Assembly (NCBI GenBank): GCA_029715105.1
Contig: CP085695.1
Coordinates: 90,001-122,000 of the forward strand
Origin: Candidatus Saccharimonadota bacterium
GTDB lineage: Bacteria > Pseudomonadota > Alphaproteobacteria > Rickettsiales > Anaplasmataceae
DNA length: 32,000 nucleotides
Direction: 5' to 3'
The notes below the pieces were generated by a model. That model searched no databases. It was not told the DNA's origin and saw only the letters and a list, made by a program, of their open reading frames with translations. Shown one piece after another: positions 28,462-32,000 of this stretch (position 1 is its first letter; each line of letters begins with the position of its first letter). Position numbers and translations under genes: made by a program.

Positions 28462-29351
28462 TAGCGATAATTAATCAGAACGATATAAGAGAATTACGTA
28501 AAAGAACAGGACTAGGTTTAGGTGATTGTAAGAAAACTTTAGAAGAATGTGATGGTGATATTGAAAGAGCTATTGATAAGTTACGTGTAGTAGGTTTCGC
28601 TGAAGCGGCTAATAAAAGGTTTAATAGTAAGAAGGTAAATGGGTTGATTGCTATGCATTTAACTGAAAATCGTGGCGTGTTGATTGAACTTAATTGTGAA
28701 ACTGATTTTGTTGCAAGAAATGAGAAGTTTATGGAATTAGTTTCAAACTTAGTATTAATTGCTTCTCAAGAAAGTTGTTCCAGTATTGATGAATTAAAAA
28801 ATGTTAAATATTACAATAATGATAATAGTACCATCACGGTACAAGAGGTTATTATAAATAGTATATCTGTGTTTGGTGAAAAATTGGAATTGAGCAGGCT
28901 TTGTTATTTAGAAGTTCAAAATGGTATTGTTGCTGGTTATGTGCATGGTGGCTTATGTGGTTTTGGTCGAATTGGAGCTTTAGTCGCATTGCGATCATCT
29001 TGTAATAAATTAAAGTTGCAAGAAATTGGAAAGCAAATAGCTATGCATATAGTTGCCATGAAACCGGAAGCTCTTTCTATAGATGGTTTAGATCATGTGA
29101 AGTTAAATAGCGAGAGATCTATGATTGAGAAATATGTAAAAAGTTTAAATAAATCTGAGGAAGTAGAAGATAAAATAATAAGTGATCGATTAGCTAAATA
29201 TTATGAAGAAGTTGTTTTATTAGAACAGAAGTTTATTATGGATGATAAAAAAAAGGTTTCTGATTTTATCAGATCAAAGGAGTTGGATGTTAATTCAACT
29301 ATTAAACTATCTGATTATAAGTTACTTATTTTAGGCAATAGAGAAGATTAG
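28458..29351 (+). CDS. tsf: Translation elongation factor Ts
   Basis: The N-terminal domain [34 protein letters not shown] and the motifs [11 protein letters not shown] and [14 protein letters not shown] are present. There is an ATGA overlap with rpsB. Confidence 0.93.
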   Translation: MIAIINQNDIRELRKRTGLGLGDCKKTLEECDGDIERAIDKLRVVGFAEAANKRFNSKKVNGLIAMHLTENRGVLIELNCETDFVARNEKFMELVSNLVLIASQESCSSIDELKNVKYYNNDNSTITVQEVIINSISVFGEKLELSRLCYLEVQNGIVAGYVHGGLCGFGRIGALVALRSSCNKLKLQEIGKQIAMHIVAMKPEALSIDGLDHVKLNSERSMIEKYVKSLNKSEEVEDKIISDRLAKYYEEVVLLEQKFIMDDKKKVSDFIRSKELDVNSTIKLSDYKLLILGNRED

Positions 29352-29361
29352 GATATTCGAG

Positions 29362-30099
29362 ATGACTGCCTTAATAAACGGAGTGAAGTATCATAGGGTT
29401 TTGTTTAAAATTTCTGGTGATGTTATAATGGGAGCGCAGTCTTGTAGCTATGATATAAAAGCTATAGATCGGTTGTGTAAAGATATAGCTGATGTTCACA
29501 GTCTTGGGATTCAGATATGTATTGTTATTGGTGGAGGTAATATCTTTCGTGGTGCATCCTCTTTCTTTTTGAGAAATTGTGATAGAACAAGTAGTGATTA
29601 TATTGGGATGCTTGCAACTATAATTAATGCTTTAATTTTACAGAATTTTTTGGAGAAAAATTTAGTAGATTGTAGGGTATTATCTGCGATACCAGTAGCA
29701 GCTACTATATGTGAGCCTTATGTTAAAAGAAAAGCTGTTTATCATTTAGAAAAAGGTAGAGTTGTAATTTTTGCATCAGGTATAGGTAATCCATTTTTTA
29801 CTACAGATACTGCTGCAGCTTTACGTGCTGTTGAAACAAATTGTGACGTCATTTTGAAAGGTACACAAGTAAATGGTATATATTCAGCTGATCCAAAAAA
29901 GAATGGAGATGCTGTAATGTATGATAAACTCTCTTATATGGACTTATTGACTCGTGATTTGAAGGTTATGGATGCATCGGCTATTTCGCTTGCACGTGAA
30001 AATTCTGTTCCAATTGTAGTCTTTTCTTTAAAAGAAGAAAAAATAGTTAATATTATTAAAGGTTGTGGTGTTTGTACTATAGTCTCAGATTTCGAGTGA
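29362..30099 (+). CDS. pyrH: UMP kinase
   Basis: Motifs [32 protein letters not shown] and [15 protein letters not shown] are present. Confidence 0.93.
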   Translation: MTALINGVKYHRVLFKISGDVIMGAQSCSYDIKAIDRLCKDIADVHSLGIQICIVIGGGNIFRGASSFFLRNCDRTSSDYIGMLATIINALILQNFLEKNLVDCRVLSAIPVAATICEPYVKRKAVYHLEKGRVVIFASGIGNPFFTTDTAAALRAVETNCDVILKGTQVNGIYSADPKKNGDAVMYDKLSYMDLLTRDLKVMDASAISLARENSVPIVVFSLKEEKIVNIIKGCGVCTIVSDFE

Positions 30100-30109
30100 T
30101 AGGTAATTT

Positions 30110-30670
30110 GTGTTAAATAAAATAAGAATTAAAACAGAGGAAAAAATGCTGAAGACTGTTCAGTGTTTTAGTAATGATATTAGAGGTATACACTCTGGTA
30201 GAGCTAGTACATCATTACTTGATAGTATAGTTGTTAATATTTATGGAAGGTGTCAAAGATTAAATCAGATTGCTAGTATCTCGGTTTTAAATAATAAAAC
30301 GCTATTAATCAAGGTCTGGGATAGCGTCATTGTAGGTGAAGTAAAAAATGCTATATTGAACGCTAATATAAATTTAAGTCCTATTATTGAAAATAATAAT
30401 GTTATACGTGTAATGCTTCCAAATTTAACACAGGAAGCTCGTAAAAAATTAGTAAAATTACTATATCAATTTGCTGAAAATACGAGGATTGCAATTAGAA
30501 ATATACGTAGAGATGCTATAGAGACAATAGAAAAAATACAAGAAAATAAAGAAATCTCAAAAGATGATCTTCATAGTATTAAAAAGAAAATACAAAATAT
30601 CACTGATGATAATATCAGAAAGATTAATAAGGAGCTCTCTTTTAAGGAGAAAGATATATTAAATTGTTGA
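30110..30670 (+). CDS. frr: Ribosome recycling factor
   Basis: Motifs IRGIHSGRASTSLLDSIVVNIYG and IRNIRRDA are present. The GTG start is required to retain the conserved N-terminal helix. Confidence 0.92.
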   Translation: MLNKIRIKTEEKMLKTVQCFSNDIRGIHSGRASTSLLDSIVVNIYGRCQRLNQIASISVLNNKTLLIKVWDSVIVGEVKNAILNANINLSPIIENNNVIRVMLPNLTQEARKKLVKLLYQFAENTRIAIRNIRRDAIETIEKIQENKEISKDDLHSIKKKIQNITDDNIRKINKELSFKEKDILNC

Positions 30671-31375
30671 ATGATAAATGAATTAAATATTGAATTTTTG
30701 CCAAAACATTTGGCAATCATTATGGATGGTAATGGTCGATGGGCAAATAATCAAGGAAAAGTAAAAATTGATGGTTATAAAAAAGGTGGTGAGGTTGCGC
30801 AGAATATTACTAGTTATTGTGTAGCCCTAGCTATACCGTATTTAACTTTGTATGCATTTTCTATGGAGAATTGGCTTAGATCTAAAGAAGAAATTAATCA
30901 TTTGTTTGATTTGTTTTATTCGGTTTTAATTGACGAAGATAAAATTAATTTCATTTGTGATCAAAATATTAAATTGAGTTTTATTGGTAATTTAAATTTA
31001 CTACCAAGTAAAATGTTTGATCAACTTAGAAAAGTAGAAGAAATTACCTACAAGAATGATGGTTTATTGCTTACTATAGCAATTAGTTATGGAGCAAGGC
31101 AAGAAATTATAAATGCTGTAGGTAATATTATAAAAGAAAATATTACCTGTATATCAGAAAACGAATTTGAAAAATTTTTGTATACTAAAGATTTACCGAA
31201 ATTGGATTTATTAATTCGTACTGGTGGCGAAAAAAGGTTAAGTAATTTTTTATTATGGCAAGCAGCTTATGCTGAATTATATTTTTGTGATACTTTATGG
31301 CCTGATTTTTCTTGTTATGATTTGAGTAAGGCATTAGAGGATTATATTAGGAGAGAAAAAAGATATGGTAGATAG
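30671..31375 (+). CDS. uppS: Undecaprenyl-diphosphate synthase (cis-prenyltransferase)
   Basis: Motifs HLAIIMDGNGRWA, LTLYAFSMENW and IRTGGEKRLSNFLLWQAAYAELYF are present. The ATG directly abuts the frr stop. Confidence 0.93.
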   Translation: MINELNIEFLPKHLAIIMDGNGRWANNQGKVKIDGYKKGGEVAQNITSYCVALAIPYLTLYAFSMENWLRSKEEINHLFDLFYSVLIDEDKINFICDQNIKLSFIGNLNLLPSKMFDQLRKVEEITYKNDGLLLTIAISYGARQEIINAVGNIIKENITCISENEFEKFLYTKDLPKLDLLIRTGGEKRLSNFLLWQAAYAELYFCDTLWPDFSCYDLSKALEDYIRREKRYGR

Positions 31376-31994
31376 AGATTTTCTAGTGAGAGTATTATTT
31401 TCAATGATAATATTGCTTATATTCTTTTTTGCTATATATTTTAGTGATTTAACATTTTACATGTTAATTTTTTCGATAGCAGTTTTATCTTCTTTTGAAT
31501 GGTATGATTTAACTCGGGGAAAGAGAACATTATATATTTTTGCGTTATTATTAATTGCATTGCCAAATGCTTCGTTGATATATTTATATAATCTTTCACG
31601 GGGAAAATATATATTAATATGGTTTATTTTAACTATTTGGAGTATTGATGTAACTGCTTATCTTTTTGGTAAAAGTTTTGGTGGATATAAGATCTGTCCG
31701 GTTGTTAGTTATGGAAAGACTTGGTCCGGATTTCTTGGTGCAATTTTAGCGGGAATAATGTCCACAATTTGTGGATCAATATTTTTGGGCTTGTTTTCTG
31801 CATTTTATTCTCCAATGATTGGATTTATAATTGCTATTTTAGCTCAACTTGGTGATTTTACTGAATCATTTATTAAAAGGGCTTGTAATGTAAAAGATAG
31901 CGGGAATATTATACCAGGTCATGGAGGGGTACTTGATCGTATGGATAGTTTTATTTTTACTGCTCCTCTTGTTACTATTTGTTATTTATATTGA
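31365..31994 (+). CDS. cdsA: Phosphatidate cytidylyltransferase (CDP-diglyceride synthase)
   Basis: The C-terminal signature SFIKRACNVKDSGNIIPGHGGVLDRMDS is present and the protein is multi-pass hydrophobic. It overlaps uppS by 11 nt. At 209 aa it is short for the family. Confidence 0.88.
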   Translation: MVDRDFLVRVLFSMIILLIFFFAIYFSDLTFYMLIFSIAVLSSFEWYDLTRGKRTLYIFALLLIALPNASLIYLYNLSRGKYILIWFILTIWSIDVTAYLFGKSFGGYKICPVVSYGKTWSGFLGAILAGIMSTICGSIFLGLFSAFYSPMIGFIIAILAQLGDFTESFIKRACNVKDSGNIIPGHGGVLDRMDSFIFTAPLVTICYLY

Positions 31995-32000
31995 GTTAAT

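Noticed and set aside
1-32000. Search for CRISPR arrays, IS elements or transposases, integrases, prophage genes, toxin-antitoxin or restriction/defence genes, rRNA, tmRNA, RNase P RNA and SRP RNA
   Set aside because: I saw no regularly spaced repeats, no terminal inverted repeats flanking an ORF, no recognisable motifs of these gene families, and none of the conserved RNA cores I looked for (for example the tRNA-like end of tmRNA, the RNase P AGUCCGG region or the SRP GGAAG-type loop).

Overview
This is a very AT-rich, gene-dense housekeeping window. The gene content and layout fit a small-genome alphaproteobacterium of the Rickettsiales / Anaplasmataceae type (Ehrlichia-like). That taxon call is inferred from single-gene purN/purK/purF units, transketolase, MPP-like M16 peptidases and unusually long spacers, not from any search. 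I can support 27 protein genes and 2 tRNAs. In map order: murJ (5'-truncated by the window edge) overlapping an AsmA-family gene; purN; a stand-alone MrpE/MnhE-like gene; sodB tightly followed by an active M16 peptidase; purK; apaG; an isolated, divergent heme-copper-oxidase subunit-I-like membrane protein; a TerC-family gene followed by purF; a glutaredoxin; ribF-lspA followed by a second, degenerate M16 peptidase; trhO (rhodanese/YceA); ubiE; a Bcr/CflA-type MFS transporter; tkt; rpsD; tRNA-Leu(UAA); iscX; tRNA-Asp(GUC); and the conserved rpsB-tsf-pyrH-frr-uppS-cdsA cluster. By ORF coordinates about 76% of the window is coding. Eight spacers of at least 500 bp with no ORF of 60 or more codons total about 6.3 kb, and four of them lie between convergent 3' ends. 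I found no CRISPR array, transposase, integrase, phage gene, toxin-antitoxin pair or recognisable defence gene, and I do not see a convincing novel multi-gene system. The items most worth a second look are the orphan oxidase-like protein, the active/degenerate M16 peptidase pair, the murJ-asmA coupling, the lone mrpE-like gene with a 20-bp palindrome at its translation start region, and the long spacers with their hairpins and short dispersed repeats. All protein calls rest on motif recognition by eye; no database search was possible.
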